DNA from: Selaginella moellendorffii
Taxonomy: Eukaryota > Plantae > Lycopodiophyta
Direction of reading: 5' to 3'
Assembly (NCBI RefSeq): GCF_000143415.4
Contig: NW_003314646.1
Location: 1 to 7,925 of the forward strand
Length of the DNA: 7,925 bases
The notes beneath the pieces were generated by a model. That model was given only the letters and a program-made list of their open reading frames with translations, did no database searches and was not told the origin of the DNA. This document shows, one piece after another, positions 7,764-7,925 of this stretch. Made by a program: the position numbers and the translations under genes. Every line of letters starts with the position of its first letter. Positions within the stretch are counted from its first letter, which is position 1.

Positions 7764-7925
7764 CTATTTCGTGTCGAGCATCGCTGGTCCGAGCCTCACG
7801 GAATTGACGTAGTTCACTGGACTGTGAGCAGAAACGCCGGGGAAGAACAGACCAACGAGCCGCAGCACCGTCGACGAGCTGGACTCCCGATAGTTGTCAC
7901 CATACCGGAAGTGGAGAACAAAGCT
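7764..7925 (-). CDS. 3' end of a class-3 triacylglycerol lipase gene (OBL1/oil-body-lipase-like)
   Basis: Not in the ORF track. Minus-strand translation is SFVLHFRYGDNYRESSSSTVLRLVGLFFPGVSAHSPVNYVNSVRLGPAMLDTK*. The pattern G..Y.E.....R..GL..PG.S.H....YVNSVRLG matches the C-terminus of plant OBL1-type lipases as I recall it, including the probable catalytic His. Confidence 0.85.
   Translation of the reverse strand, partial: SFVLHFRYGDNYRESSSSTVLRLVGLFFPGVSAHSPVNYVNSVRLGPAMLDTK

Noticed and set aside
1-7925. CRISPR array or other prokaryotic system
   Set aside because: No repeat-spacer structure; the introns, LTR element and plant-type lipase indicate eukaryotic nuclear DNA.

Overview
Plant-type eukaryotic DNA with short introns and tight gene spacing (lycophyte/Selaginella-like is only a guess). 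Most of the window (1648-7683) is one recently inserted Ty3/gypsy LTR retrotransposon on the minus strand. It has two near-identical TG...CA LTRs (429 and 420 bp), a perfect 5-bp target-site duplication (CACCT), a tRNA-Gly-like PBS and a PPT. Its gag-pol frame is unusual: Gag carries four zinc knuckles and is followed by what look like three tandem retropepsin-like domains (DGGS, DPGA, and one with no catalytic Asp). The frame has an in-frame TGA in gag, a 1-nt frameshift in protease 1, and a deletion that joins the start of RT directly to the integrase GPY/F tail, so this copy is non-autonomous. The element sits 75 bp downstream of the stop codon of an OBL1-like class-3 lipase gene (right edge) and separates that stop from an AATAAA just beyond the left TSD. 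The left edge holds the first three coding exons of an unidentified spliced minus-strand gene, downstream of a (CT)n-rich region.
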